Positions 50,934 to 64,000 of a DNA stretch of 64,000 nt are shown piece by piece (position 1 is the stretch's first letter; every line of letters begins with the position of its first letter). A program made the position numbers and the translations under genes. The notes under the pieces were generated by a model, which searched no databases, had not been told where the DNA came from, and worked only from the letters and a program-made list of their open reading frames with translations. The DNA comes from Paraspadella gotoi (lineage: Eukaryota > Animalia > Chaetognatha): contig CM119267.1 of NCBI GenBank assembly GCA_051294375.1, positions 1,394,883 through 1,458,882 of the forward strand. Reading direction: 5' to 3'.

Positions 50934-50982
<49 letters not shown>

Positions 50983-51042
50983 ATCTTCTTTTCGATGTTC
51001 GGTGAAAATTTGTGGTGACGAAATGAGAAAATTTTATTGCTT

Positions 51043-51097
<55 letters not shown>

Positions 51098-53022
51098 CTC
51101 TCTTCTCTCTCGTCTCTCTCTCATCTCTCTCTCTCTCCCCCTCACTCACTTCTCCAACTTCCTGAATCCTCGTTGCAATTCTATTTTTCTACTTTAAGTC
51201 CATCTTCATTTTCTGTCATTTGCCTTGGCACCTGGGTTTTTCTTTTGTGTTTGCCAAGTCACCATTCGCACAGCTCGCCAGTTCAATCGTCAACTGTTTT
51301 TTTTTTCACTCCCATAAACACCACACGCCACTTTTCTAAACGCCATCTGCCATTCACTCTACTGCCACTTTCCCTTTTGCCACTTACCTATCTCCCATTT
51401 TCTCCTTTAAAAAAAAACTTTTCTTCTTCGATGAGGAGAGAATTTCAATCAGGAACCGAAAACCGGGATACATTGATTTATTTAGGAGACATGAGGGGCG
51501 CTGTAAGGTTAGAAGGAAGAGGAAGAGGAGGAGAAAGAGGAGGATGAAGTGGAAGAAGAGGAAGAAGAGGAGGAGGAAGAAGGAGAGGAAGAGATGGAGG
51601 AGGAAGAAGAGGAAGAGTAAAAGGATGAAGAGGAGGAAACTGAGATAAGAAAATAAGAGGACGATGGGAAAAAGCGAGATATTGACAATAAACAAAACTG
51701 GAAAAAGTTAATACAATAATTTTACCTAATTCTTGTCCAATATCTTTTAAAGAAAATCGATTCCAGCTTTTTTATTGTTTCAAAGTCATCGCATACACCA
51801 GAAGAAATTTAATATACGAGTATATGGAAAAACGGTGTAACAGGACAAAAAATGTTGTTTTTTACATTTTTATATAAAAATTTGGAAATTACTTGTTTCA
51901 CTATCTTTTATTTTTATATTTTAGGAATGTTTTACTATTTAATCTATATTATTTCTGGGAAGATGGGTAGGTTCTAATTAGTCTCTCATCAGGTAAAAGA
52001 GGTAAGTAAGGTAAGGAATATATTGGTAAAAGGTAAGTAGCTATAACAAAGAGAACAAGGGTACATAAAAGGGGGAGAAGGGAGAGGGAAGGTTTGCAGA
52101 CCCCGAGGCCGTCTCCAAGACTCTATTCCGTGACTCCGGGGATGAAGAGGAGGGGACGACAAGGAGACATAAAAATAGGAATCTGCAAGCTTTCAACAAG
52201 ATTATCTCACTCAAGAGTACCAAGCTTCCTTATCAATGAAATAAGATCATTTTTTCTAGAAACCGTTTCAATTGGATGAAATAATTTGACTTTTGGAGCT
52301 TTCTGTGAAATATTCCGTGCCGCTCTAAAGTCGATATATTTTTAGTTTTGATTGAAAAACTAAAACTAAAACTAAAACCAGACATAACTTCTCCTCCTCT
52401 TCTTGCTCCTCCTCATCCTCCTCCTCCTCCTCCTTAGTTGACTCGGTCCGTGAATAGTGACTTAATTACTCTGCCCTCTCGATTGTGAAGTCGCGGTCAT
52501 CGGACTGAGGTTTGAAGAGAGAGAGAGAGAGAGAGANNNNNNNNNNNNNNNNNNNNNNNNNNNNNNNNNNNNNNNNNNNNNNNNNNNNNNNNNNNNNNNN
52601 NNNNNNNNNNNNNNNNNNNNNNNNNNNNNNNNNNNNNNNNNNNNNNNNNNNNNNNNNNNNNNNNNNNNNNNNNNNNNNNNNNNNNNNNNNNNNNNNNNNN
52701 NNNNNNNNNNNNNNNNNNNNNNNNNNNNNNNNNNNNNNNNNNNNNNNNNNNNNNNNNNNNNNNNNNNNNNNNNNNNNNNNNNNNNNNNNNNNNNNNNNNN
52801 NNNNNNNNNNNNNNNNNNNNNNNNNNNNNNNNNNNNNNNNNNNNNNNNNNNNNNNNNNNNNNNNNNNNNNNNNNNNNNNNNNNNNNCCTATCCCCTCTTT
52901 TTCACCTTCTGTTCTCTCTGTCCTGTTCTCTCTCTCTTCTCTCTCTCTCTTCTCTCTTCTCTCTCTCTCTCTCTCTCTTTCAAGAGAATCACTATCACTC
53001 AATCAGTGATTGATTGCCATTG

Positions 53023-53825
53023 ATCACCAAATGTCCCCGTGATCATTGGTTTCCATGATTGAAGACATTGCAAATGCCATCAGCAATCGATGGGCGAGGA
53101 TTGTTCCGTCGATGCCATTGCTGACCAAATTCGTTTTCCCCTTCTCTCTCTTCTCCTCTCTCTCCTCCTTCTCTCTTCTCTACTCTCCCTCTCTCTCTCT
53201 CTCTCTCATTTCTTCCTCTCTCTCTCTCTCTTCAACCCAATCTATTTCTTGCCTCGCCAAGAGAAACTTCTTTCTTATTTCATTGGACATCTTTTCGGTT
53301 TCGTTCCACTTTCCGCGGAACGAGGAAAGAGAAGAAAAAGACTGAGGAGAGGAGGAGTAAGAGATGAGAGAGACGTTAAGAGAGAGAGTCTTGCTTTCTC
53401 ATCCTCTCTCCTGTCTCTCTTCTCTCAAGATCTCTCTCTCTCTCTTCTCGTATCTTCTCTCCGATTCTCTCGCGTCTCTCACGGTTGATTCACTCTCATC
53501 GATTCCGATGTTGCCCGCGCGTGGCAACTTTTGTGGGCTCAACTGGCCGGCAAGTCACGTGGCGATTTCTGGTCGCCGCTATCGTGCAAGCTTTATTAGG
53601 AGCGCGGCCGGGAACCGTCCCCGAAGCATATTCGTCGTCAGTTTTTTGCTTATTCTGACTGTTTCGTTTCGAGGTTTGCATGCGGGCCGATTTCTGATCC
53701 GTTTGTGGTGTCCGGATGTCTGTGACGTCATTGTCTCTCTCGCTTTAGTATATTTGTAGCCTGTCGATGACAGCGTTGTCGTAAAGTCATTCATTTCATT
53801 TTTTTCGTCAGTCGATGTGTGACCT
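53023..53825 (-). CDS. Probable coding exon of an unidentified gene, disrupted by indels in noisy sequence
   Basis: Protein-like stretches across shifting frames (MQTSKRNSQNKQKTDDEYASG; RGKWNETEKMSNEIRKKFLLARQEIDWVEE; NLVSNGIDGTILAHRLLMAFAMSS); no recognisable domain. Confidence 0.3.
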
Positions 53826-53899
53826 CAATTTATAAAAAACCTTCTTCTCGTACTAGATAGAATCTTAACTGTTTTCATATTTCATCGGTCGCTTATGAC

Positions 53900-56800
53900 A
53901 GAATTCAGGTCGTACCAACCACATATCAAAATTATCTCATATCGTAATTAATATTAATGATAGCTGATAACTGTGGACCCCTGACTGATTTGGACAGGCC
54001 TTTTGGGCTAGACTTAAGGCCTCCGATCATTCTCATACAAGACGGCTGATAATAAACTTAGCTGGTCCCTGCAAAGTTTCAATCAAGATAACTCGTCTCA
54101 CAGTTGTCTGCGTGTTTATTCACTCCCAGAGTACCTGGCTTCGGCGACTATCACATGAAGTCCGGATTAAGATATAATGTTTTCAATTATTGATCGGGGG
54201 ACCGATTCTCTATATTGTACTCCGGAGCGCAGACTTTAAATGAAACAGAAAAAGAAAGGGAAAGGAAAACGGTGTGTAGAAGCACTCAATAAAATACTAT
54301 TATATGATGATGGCAGTTGGCACTGAGAGAAATTTTACATCTAGCCTACCAACCAATACTAAAAAAATGGTATCCAATTTCATTTAATAATTTAAGCCTT
54401 CATTCCCTTGCCCACCTGACTAATTGGAGCATGCTTATGTGTTGGGTTCTTTCTAAAGGCTCTCTCTCCTCTTATATCAGTCGATCGAGCATCGACATCA
54501 CCATCACAATACCATCGGATATAATCATATCATATTCATTATATCATAAGAAACTAGAGAAAAAGCTTTCTTTGTTGAAACATACAATGAGGAAAATCAT
54601 GTCGCTAAAGTAATAATGCCCAGGAGTATTCATTTTTTATTTGATTTCTCTTTTTAGTTTTATGGCTCTAGAGAGCTGAAATATTTGATCCGTTGTACTT
54701 GACGTTCAATTACGGGCTCATCTTATCTATTCTTTTATATTTATCTGTGCTGTTAATAATTTTTTTCCTCCAAGGCTATCGAGCTGATGCTTTTCATGTT
54801 TTTAGATATTTTATCCGCTCGCCTGTGAGAGTTTTTTTTCTAATTCTTATGTCGAGCGTGCAGAGAAGCTGAAAAGTCTCGTGGCCGAGGGGACTGGGAT
54901 TGATTGAATGGAACTCAGAGTTTCTGGCAACACGAGCCAACAGAGGGAAAGAGGAACTGGAAAAGAGAAGACTCTGAATATGACTAGGATTTGTATAAGA
55001 ATAATATTAGTAAGCCAAACATTGAGAGAAAAATGGAAGGGTTTATAATAATTGAATGGCATTAAATTAGCAATAGAGAAGTTGAAAAAAGACTGGCTAA
55101 AAACTCGAGCCGAAAAGAAAAATAAAGTAAGATTGCTATTCACATAAATTCATAAGAAACTAAGAAAATGATGTAAAAAATGTTAGAAAAGAAATATTAA
55201 CTCTCTTCGCTGGAAAGGAAACATAATGAGTTGGCGCATATAAAAAAAGAAGAAGGAAAACGTATAAAGAGTTTTTAAAACTCCAATATATTGCACGTTC
55301 GGCCTCATATTATTTCACTATTTTACATCTAGACAAAGTGAGGAATCTATTGTTTGAGTATTTATATATAATCGTATAATCAAAGACTCTCTTGATACTA
55401 GTATTCAACTCTTGGTGCTGTGTCTCTCACATGTATCTATAAAGTTTTAGAGCTAACAAGTGAGCAGTACGTGCACATAACCAAGAATGGACACACTTGT
55501 ATTCTTTAATATAAAGTAATTATAGCTCTAATTTTATATGGATTCGCTTTGTGACACTGAAAATTTCTATATTGCTCAATAATTTTGATAAAATCATATA
55601 ACCTCCATTTAGGTCACTGCAGTTTTTCGTGATCAACACGTCGCCTTCCTCCTATCCCTCTTTCCTTCTCCCGATGCTCTGGCCCCTGGATTCTCATATC
55701 TACTCTGCATACTACTCTCTACTTACTACAATACATCTGCATCAGCTCATCGTTCTCTCTCTTTTCTCTCCTCTCTTTATTTCTCTAAATCTTACATCTC
55801 CTCATCGATCGTCTTATACATACATAGGCGTCTACTACTCGTCTTCTACTCGATCTCTCTCGTGTCTTACCCAACACACGCGGTGCTCTCTCTGCATCCT
55901 ATTTACATATACTGACACTTCTCTCTTTATTCTTCAATTCCTTATTACTCTATATGGAGAACTATCTGCCATCACCTACGTGTGAGTTAAGATCTCATTA
56001 TCATTACTCTTTCAGGCGGTCTTGGCGCGAAGCCGACTTTTTGATTCTTATCCGTTCTAAACTCCGTCACGGCACGACCCACATTATACGTGCACCCTTC
56101 CCTTAGATACGCTTTAAATTCTCTTGCGGCTCATCTCCTTAATTTATTTTTCCTGCGTGGAGTGTCTTCTCCACTGTTCTAGGGATTGCTCACTCAGCTT
56201 CAACTCTCGTATACTCGATCTATTTTTCTCTGTCTTATCCCTTCTTTTCCTTTTCTTCTCTCTATATACTCTTCTTTCACTATAAACTTGCTATCCACTC
56301 GTTTCGTTATCACTGTAGCCTCTGTTATATTTGATTCGGTGAGACTGTCTAGACAATTTTCTCACTTGCCTGGGCTTCCTCCTTTTTTTCCAACCTTCGT
56401 TAGACCTCGGAAGACTCACCTGTTTCTTAGCGTGCTTCACCTATTTAGTCTGTTGGTGCGGATCTCCCACGCGATTAAAGACTCTCAACCGCTAAATGCT
56501 GAATCTCTTTTATTGAGCACTTGTGAGTTGATCTCCAGTTTCTGGCTCCTAAAGTCTTTATGACATATTTATCGTTCAAATGCCACTTGTATAGCATTTG
56601 CAGTACAGGCAGCCGCATTACCTTGTTTTGATGGATATACTATTTATTAGTCTATCATCTCTCTGCGAGGTCCACTCTCGACATACCTATACATATGAGG
56701 AGCGTCTTATTATAAATCGTGAGTCATTCTGTACTCAACTCGACTCGAGAGTTAAGAAGACCGCCTTTCCAGGAATAGAATTGGAACACTTTCGCTGATT

Positions 56801-58734
56801 TGGTCAGGTACAATTGGTCACCGGCCAGATTGACCAGATTTGTGCTCTCTCATTCCTCGCGTCGAGTGAGACTTTGAGCGCCTTTATCCCTCATGATGCG
56901 CCGATGGTCACGGACGTAGTTATCTACGAAGGTCTCTGCATAACTGATTATTTATATGACTGGTACTCATCTCTGCGAGCATCTCCACCTCTGCCTAGGC
57001 GAAGCTTTTGGACTCATATGTCTGCTATTATGTGGCTGTAGGTATCTCAGTAGAAATAATCTCCTACTATGAGTGCGTCTATGTAATCCCTGTGCTGCTA
57101 CCTCAACACTGGTTATATATAGTGTAGCTCTTCAATGAGAAGGCAGTGCGCCATCATGTGATGCAGTAATCCTCTTATATGTGCGCCCTGATAGAGTACT
57201 CGATCACTGACACTTCGCCACTATCTAATGCGTCCTTTAATGTATGTTTACTGAGTGCGGTTGTAAGGAATTTGACGTTATTGCTGTAATCCGGCGTTTC
57301 TGATAAGTCTCTCGTTGTAGTATCTATGTATATCTTCGCATTGCCCGTGCTTTCTGCTTTCTTTGTCCTGCATAGTTCTTGATTCCTCGTACATCGCTCT
57401 CCGTCATGCGTCTTATGCTCCGCGTATCTCCTCTCATTATCCTCTAGCCTCTAACTTATTATGTTGTAATAGATCTATCTCTCGCCTGACTATTCAGTCC
57501 CCTCATCCTTTTTCTACAGTCATTGTCATATTCAGTAGAGTACTCCGCTTATGAGATATATCACTCTCTCTTCACTCCTCACCGCACTCTACCAGCATTT
57601 GGAGCGTATTCGCTGTATTATGTATTGTAACCGTCTAGGTCGGGAGTCATACTTTTGGATGGGCATGCTATACAACTGTGATGACATGAGGTATCCGTAG
57701 GCGTACGTACTTTCACCTGTCAGCGCTCAGAGAGTGGTGTGATGAGATGTTTTGCTCCGTACCATCTCTCTCCATCTCCTCTTCAGCCTTAATACACATC
57801 GTTCCTTCAATAGCTTCACGCTCTCTTCCCTTAGGTCCTTTCATACAATCTGGCTCCACGTATGATCCGCGCGCATAACGGGCCGCCCGCTCGTTTTACG
57901 TCAACGAAGCGAGCTTCACTACCGACCACGAGCCTTCTTGCTAACGTACATCCCTCAGATTTTTCTCGACACTCAGCGACACTCTCGTACAGAGATTCCC
58001 CAGCGGCTCCGTGGAGATATAAGTACCTCATTGGTCGCACTTACTTAGAAAGTAAGATAATGCGCTCATCTGGTACGTATAAAGCGATGATGTGCTATAC
58101 TAATTATTTACGTTATGATATATATGAGTCGCATTCGTGATATAAAAGCAAATAGATTACTAAGTGTCAAAGTTCATGACTGCTTACGTCTCTCTAAGAA
58201 TTTAAGACGCATTGCTACTCTGCATCGTACGGACGATCTCTCTCGGTGCGTCTCTCTCTGCGTGCGCGTCGTGTCGAGTACGAATAACGTACGCATCTGG
58301 ATGAATGTTATGATTTGAACAATAGTTCTGTCTATCTGACGCCTATAGCTATGGTACGCACTGATCGATAAACTTATGTCAGACAGCACGTTAATGCCCT
58401 ATTTATATCAAGAAACCTCAAAATATATATATACCTTACCGAGAACGACACTACGTGCAATATACTGTGACGTGGGTATCACTTACTAATATATAAACCG
58501 TTCTCAGAGCTATATGCATTTCAGCGACAGATAGTATCCTCTATAAGATGATCAACACCTACTCTGTGCAATCGTCGATACAAGTTGATATAGAGCACGT
58601 TCGAGCGACCTCGGAAAACTGTATCTTAGTCACAAACTGATACTCAGACTGCTCAGAACGAGAGCGAGAGAAACTTTCGCAACTTACCGTCCATCTTCTC
58701 TCGATATCTCAATTTATTCTATCTCCTTCTTCTT
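53900..58734. other. Very low-accuracy long-read-like sequence; ~55.9-57.1 kb is an insertion-riddled copy of ~59.1-59.8 kb
   Basis: e.g. 56741 cgactcgagagttaagaagaccgcctttccaggaatagaattggaacact vs 59545 cgactcgagtaaaacccgcaggaaatagaatggaacact; ends at a 25-N spacer. Confidence 0.85.
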
Positions 58735-58763
58735 NNNNNNNNNNNNNNNNNNNNNNNNNAAAG

Positions 58764-58798
<35 letters not shown>

Positions 58799-59015
58799 TG
58801 GTCAAAGCTGATACTAAAAGTCAAGGCTAGAAGTTTTAAACAGTTTGAATTCCTCAAGTTTGTCTCTTTCTTCAATTCATTTGTGTCTTACAAAGCAGTT
58901 TCTACTCTAAAGTTTAAGTGGAGACAAAATTATTAAAGTAAGAGAATTGTTAATTTATACTGAAATTCTAATTTTCCATAATTTGTAAAATACCTCCATT
59001 TAGCCTATGCTCGCC

Positions 59016-59053
<38 letters not shown>

Positions 59054-59103
59054 CTCTTCTCTCTTCTCCGTCTCTCTCTCTGCTTCCGTCATCTTCTCTC
59101 TCT

Positions 59104-59139
<36 letters not shown>

Positions 59140-59329
59140 CCATAAATTTTTCATCTTACAAAACTCCTCACCGCATTAAGTATTCGCGGGGATTTGATTT
59201 GTCCTCAGCCAAAGACTTTTCTGACTTAAATCTCTTATCTCTATTTTTTCCCTCTTTTCTCACTTTTATATCTCAACTTCTCTTCTTTTCTTTTCTTTTC
59301 TTTGCTCTTCTTTTTCACTCTTCTTTATC

Positions 59330-59807
59330 AAGGTTATATTGATCTGACAATTTCTCATTGCCTCTTCCCTTTTTTCCAACCTCGTAAAGGAAACTACTGT
59401 CCTCACAAACTGGGATAAAGATCACGAGTTCTTGATTTTATCACTAAAGTTATGGCATGTACTAATGCCATAATTGATACAGCAGAACTTTTAATAACTA
59501 TATCATTGCTGAGGAATCAAACTAAAGAAATGAAATCGGATCAACGACTCGAGTAAAACCCGCAGGAAATAGAATGGAACACTCTCATTGGTCAGGAGAC
59601 AAATGGCACCGGCCAATGACCAGATGGGCTTCCATCCGCCGAGGATTTTTACCCTTACCTCAGATCCGATGGAACTGTATTAAAGGGCACTTAGTTTTGT
59701 ATTGATTCACTCTGCCTGGAATTTGACAATGTCTTGTTACTGTCTATATTCTGAGAAATAAATCCCACTTTGGTTTCTATTGTAATCCCTGTCTACTTAC
59801 TTATTTG
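59330..59807 (+). mobile_element. Possible LTR-like segment upstream of a tRNA-Leu primer-binding-like site
   Basis: Complex sequence with ccaat and aataaa motifs ending directly before tggtggcagc; no terminal CA and no partner LTR seen. Confidence 0.3.
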
Positions 59808-59851
59808 TGGTGGCAGCAGTGGGATTCGAACCCACGCCTCCGAAGAGACTG
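59808..59851 (-). pseudogene. 3' half of mature tRNA-Leu including CCA (PBS-like on + strand)
   Basis: Minus strand reads cagtctcttcggaggcgtgggttcgaatcccactgctgcca-cca: variable arm, T-arm, acceptor 3' strand and CCA; 5' half absent. Confidence 0.85.
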
Positions 59852-60480
59852 ATATTGTTCGCCAACATTTTCTATTGTTTTTATAGAAAATTAGCTTTTG
59901 TTTTTATTCTGAAATTTTAGTTCTTGTTTTCCTTAGCCCTTTTTCTGTTTCTTTGTTTCGCTTTCCTCTCCTCCCTTGTTTTCTCGCCCCGCTTTTGTTT
60001 TCCCACTCAGTTTCCCGCTATCCTTTTCTCTCATTGTCTTTTTGTTTCACCTTTCCTCCTTCGCCACCACTAGCGCCATTTAGCCGCGGCGGAATTCGGG
60101 GCAGACTAGACAAGACCCGCTCCGGTGTTCCGCCGGGGTCAGCCGAAGAGGGCAACGGCAGCCCCGCAGCCCCGAAGCGGCACCGCAGCCCCGACGACGG
60201 GACGCAGTCTTCGAGAAAGTCGTGCCCTCATTATCTTTGTTGTTGTTAAGTTTTAGTTAATTAGATTAAAAGATTTTAGACGAGGAAGAATAAAGAGACG
60301 ACGACGACGACGACGAAAACGACGACGATGATGATGACAAGGATGACGATGATGATGATGATGATAATTGTGAAGACGTTAATGATTATAAGAACAAAAA
60401 CGGCTGAAAGGAAATGAGTAAAAAAAAAATTTAATAGAAAAAAATATTTAATGAACAAACGACGAAGAAGACGACGACGA

Positions 60481-60520
<40 letters not shown>

Positions 60521-60986
60521 CGCGGGTCAGTTTTGAAGGTCAAAGGACAAACGTTAACGAAATAATGAGGAAGTCAACGACGACGACGACGACGACGACA
60601 ATAACGATAATCACGATCTTAAATGTGAGAATAAAAGGGAAAATCACAAACTCAAGTTCACAGGTTTTCTTCTTCCTCTTTCCTCGTGTCTCACAGAGAT
60701 TTAAAGAAGAAAGAAATTCGGCACAGTGACTCAATTTGGACTCAATTTCGTCTTAATCGTTGAAGATGCGGATTTCAACCTCAAAGGAGTTGTAAAGATA
60801 GTATGTATGTATCAAAACTATGATTTCTATATATATTGTATTATTCATTATTGTATTTTTCTCTATTATTATAAAAATCTATTAGGAGGATCACGACGAG
60901 AACGTCGACAACGACAACGACAACTACAACAACAACGCCGTTCCGACTTTCCTCTCAGTCCAACCGTCATTATTATTATTAGAACG

Positions 60987-61023
<37 letters not shown>

Positions 61024-61078
61024 TCAACGCTTAATCGAATAAATGGTTCGAACTCTTTCGATAAATGACATAGAAAGA

Positions 61079-61117
<39 letters not shown>

Positions 61118-61289
61118 AATTAACAATTGAGCCTCTCTCTATCTCTATCTCAGTCACTGACGATTGTTTTTTTTTTTTTGGAAGAAGAAGAAAAAAAAAG
61201 CGACTGTTGCGCAGTAAAGTGAACACAGTTGCTCTGTGATTATTTCACTCTCTTCGTCGTTCGTCGTCATTCTTCTCTTCTTCTTCGTA

Positions 61290-61337
<48 letters not shown>

Positions 61338-61834
61338 TTAACGTCGCGAGAAACTTCTTCCAAGAAATAAACTCCGGGTTTGAATTAAACTGACAAATCA
61401 TTTTTCTCTTGATGACTAAAGAAAAAAAAAAGAAAAAAGAAAAAAAAAATCCGATGACGTTTTCAACTTAGTCTTTTATTTTTATTTCTTTCTTTATCTT
61501 TATATCCCATTTCTATCCCATTTCTATCCCATTTCTATCTCGCAATTAATATACTGTTTTATTTTTCTAAATCTTTCTATCCAAACTGGCTTTTTTTTGA
61601 ATTCGTAGAAATATAAATTTCTATATTTTAGTATTTCACGCATATAAAATGGATACAACTGTTACAATTACAATTACAATTACAGTTACAATTACAATTG
61701 TTTCTGCTTTTGTTTCGTCGTCTTGTTTTTTTTCTCTAATCGAAGAAAAAACAAAACCCTCCCGCTTTTCCTCTCCCTAAAAAAAAGAACAAAGTCGTTG
61801 GTGGAATTTATAGTCGCAGTAAAACAACTAACGC

Positions 61835-62860
61835 CGACTCTTTTTCTTCTTTCCTTTTTTCTTTCCTTTTTTTTCCTTTTTCTTCTTTCATTTTTTCCTT
61901 CCTTTTTTTTCCCTTTTTCTTCTTTTCTTTTTTCTTTACTTTTTTCCCCTTTTTCTTCTTTCATTTTTTCCTTACTTTTTCTTCTTTCCTTTTTTCCTTC
62001 CTTTTCTCTTTCCTTTTTCTTCTTTCCTTTTTCTTCCTTTTTCTTCTTTCATTTTTTTCTTCCTTTTTTCTTTCCTATTTCTTCTTGCCTCTTTTTTCTT
62101 CCTTTTCCTTCCTTTTTCTTCTTTCATTTTTTCCTTCCTTTTTTTCTTAACTTTTTCCTTTTTTTTTCCTTTTTCCTTTTTTCCTTTCTTTTTCTTCTTT
62201 CCTTTTTTCCTTCCTTTTTCTTCTTTTCTTTTTTCCTTTTTTCTTTCCTTTTTCTTCTTTCTTATTTTCTATCCTTTTTCCTTCCTTTTTTTCTTTTCCT
62301 TTCTTTCTTTTTTTCTTTTTCCTTCCTTTTTCTTCTTACTCTTTTTTTCCCTTCCTTTTTCTTCTTTCATTTTTCCTTTTTCCTTTTTTTCTTTTTTCCT
62401 TCTTTATCCTTCTTTTCTTTTTTTCTTTTTTCTTTCCTTTTTCTTCTTTCCTTTTTCCTTTCCTTCCTTTTTTTCTTTCCATTTTACATTTCTTTCTTCC
62501 CTTTTTCTTCTTTCCTTTTTTTCCCTTCTTTCCTTTCTTTTTATTCTCTTCTTTCTCCTTCTTCCTTCCTTTAATCTCTTCTTTCTCAGTCTTTCCTTCT
62601 TTTTCCTTTTCTTTCTTTTACTTCTTTCATTTCTTTCTTTTTTTTTCTTTCCTCTTTTCTTTCTTTCTTTTTCTTCCTCCATTTTTACTTTTTGATTTTT
62701 ATTTGTTTTTCGTAATCTCACTTTTCACTCCATTTCTTTCCTTCTTTTATTTTTCTTCCCTTCATTTACTTCTTTCCTTTTTTTCCTTTCCTTCCTTTTC
62801 CTCTTTTCCTCCTTTTCCTCCTCTTCCACTCCATTTTCTTCACTTTTCTTTTCTCTAACG
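61835..62860. repeat. Polypyrimidine (T/C) low-complexity tract
   Basis: Almost exclusively T and C for about 1 kb. Confidence 0.9.
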
Positions 62861-62866
62861 ACTTAC

Positions 62867-63060
62867 CTCCAAAAGGGTAAGTCCTTTTTCTCCCCATCGT
62901 ATTCCTTCTTTACTCCGACGTTTCCTTACCTCTTTTCTATAGGACCTACCTCTGCCCTCACGCCCCTTCCATCTGCCCTCGATGAGCTCCCCTTTGCCCC
63001 CTTTGTCCCTTTGTCCCTTTGTCCCGTTATCCCTAACCTCCTCTCTTATCCACTCTGTAT
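62867..63060 (-). CDS. Possible coding exon of an unidentified gene
   Basis: Open frame YTEWIREEVRDNG...GELIEGRWKG...GLTLLE ending at consensus donor gag|gtaagt; upstream boundary unclear. Confidence 0.25.
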
Positions 63061-63158
63061 ACTTTTTTTCTTACTTTCTTTTACTACATTGTTTGTTAAA
63101 TCTCTATAAACCTTTCATTGTGACACTTAATGGTTTGATAATTGGCGGGTTTTCCACT

Positions 63159-63238
<80 letters not shown>

Positions 63239-63479
63239 CTTTTATGTGGTGACCTTTCCATGGAGTTCCACTCCTTTTCTCTTCTCCAGACGTGATATTC
63301 GAAAACGATTATGTCCTAAAACTGGATTCTTTGCCAAAAAGAAAATCGTGTTAGTTTTGGATAAAAAAAAGATCACTACATAGAATTCAAGATAGAAAGA
63401 AAAATAATAATCAAGTTGCTTAAGTATGGTGATTGTTATAGACTGAATTTCTGTATTCATTACTTCCTTATTATGTTCC

Positions 63480-63810
63480 TATGAAAATAATACAACTAAT
63501 ATAAAAATTATCTTGCCCCTGACTTTTGACAGACTTTGGTGGTTTAAAGCCTCCATCACTCTTATAAGATAATGACAGAGACGGTCCCTGCAAGCTTTCA
63601 ATCAAGACTCTCTCCAAGTCTCGTTTATTCACTCCCAGAGTACCTGGCTTCCCTATCAATGAAGTGGTATAATATTTCAAAGAATGTTTCAATTGTATGA
63701 AAAGACCACTCCCTTAATTATTAGATCGGGGAATACTATATTGTACTCCGCCCAACATCAAAATACAAGGAGCTGAACTTTATGAAATTGGTACAACCAA
63801 TATAAAAATA
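63480..63810 (+). repeat. Dispersed repeat family B copy
   Basis: Matches 34200-34420; the tatgaaattggtacaaccaatataaaaat start motif recurs at 63781. Confidence 0.8.
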
Positions 63811-64000
63811 CATACGTATTAATCGCTCCAATGATAAACAAAATGTTTTTAGTATTTACCTTCTTTGGCAAACACGAATTAAAAATTGTATCAGACCTCT
63901 TACGAAGATAACATAGCAAGACTCTGCAAATGTTAAATCTATTCTCTCTTGCCGTCTTGCAGTTAATTATTAACTCCCTAAGTACTTGGCTTGCCATTCA

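Noticed and set aside
55200-58734. High-complexity sequence unlike the rest of the window, as foreign or viral DNA
   Set aside because: Part of it is an insertion-laden copy of 59.1-59.8 kb, it has no coherent ORFs and it ends at a 25-N spacer; best explained as a raw noisy read

Overview
Intron-rich, microsatellite-rich eukaryotic (most likely invertebrate animal) draft-assembly DNA. Almost all long ORFs in the track are AG/CT/GAC-microsatellite artefacts. Splicing by eye recovers four multi-exon genes. (1) A 5'-incomplete + strand mosaic serine protease (Frizzled-like CRD end, Kunitz, two kringles, S1 protease; 257-8225). (2) A - strand stand-alone, divergent orotate-phosphoribosyltransferase-like gene (9202-12851, 214 aa). 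(3) A - strand protein of about 1030 aa with a long charged/disordered N-terminus and a C-terminal REEP5/DP1/HVA22 domain (32505-45309). (4) A - strand SLC35G/EamA-type transporter (46232-48560). Intergenic and intronic space holds DINE-1/HINE-like elements, hAT-like and other MITEs with TSDs, a tRNA-headed repeat, a Penelope-type hammerhead remnant, a CCA-bearing tRNA-Leu 3' half (PBS-like) and minisatellites anchored on splice donors. Regions ~15.7-24.1 kb and ~52.9-58.7 kb look like error-rich long-read gap fills that duplicate neighbouring sequence. Best leads: the giant REEP with LIR-like motifs (candidate ER-phagy receptor), the protease carrying its own Kunitz domain and lacking IVGG, and the OPRT-like locus with an intronic antisense copy of its own first splice donor.
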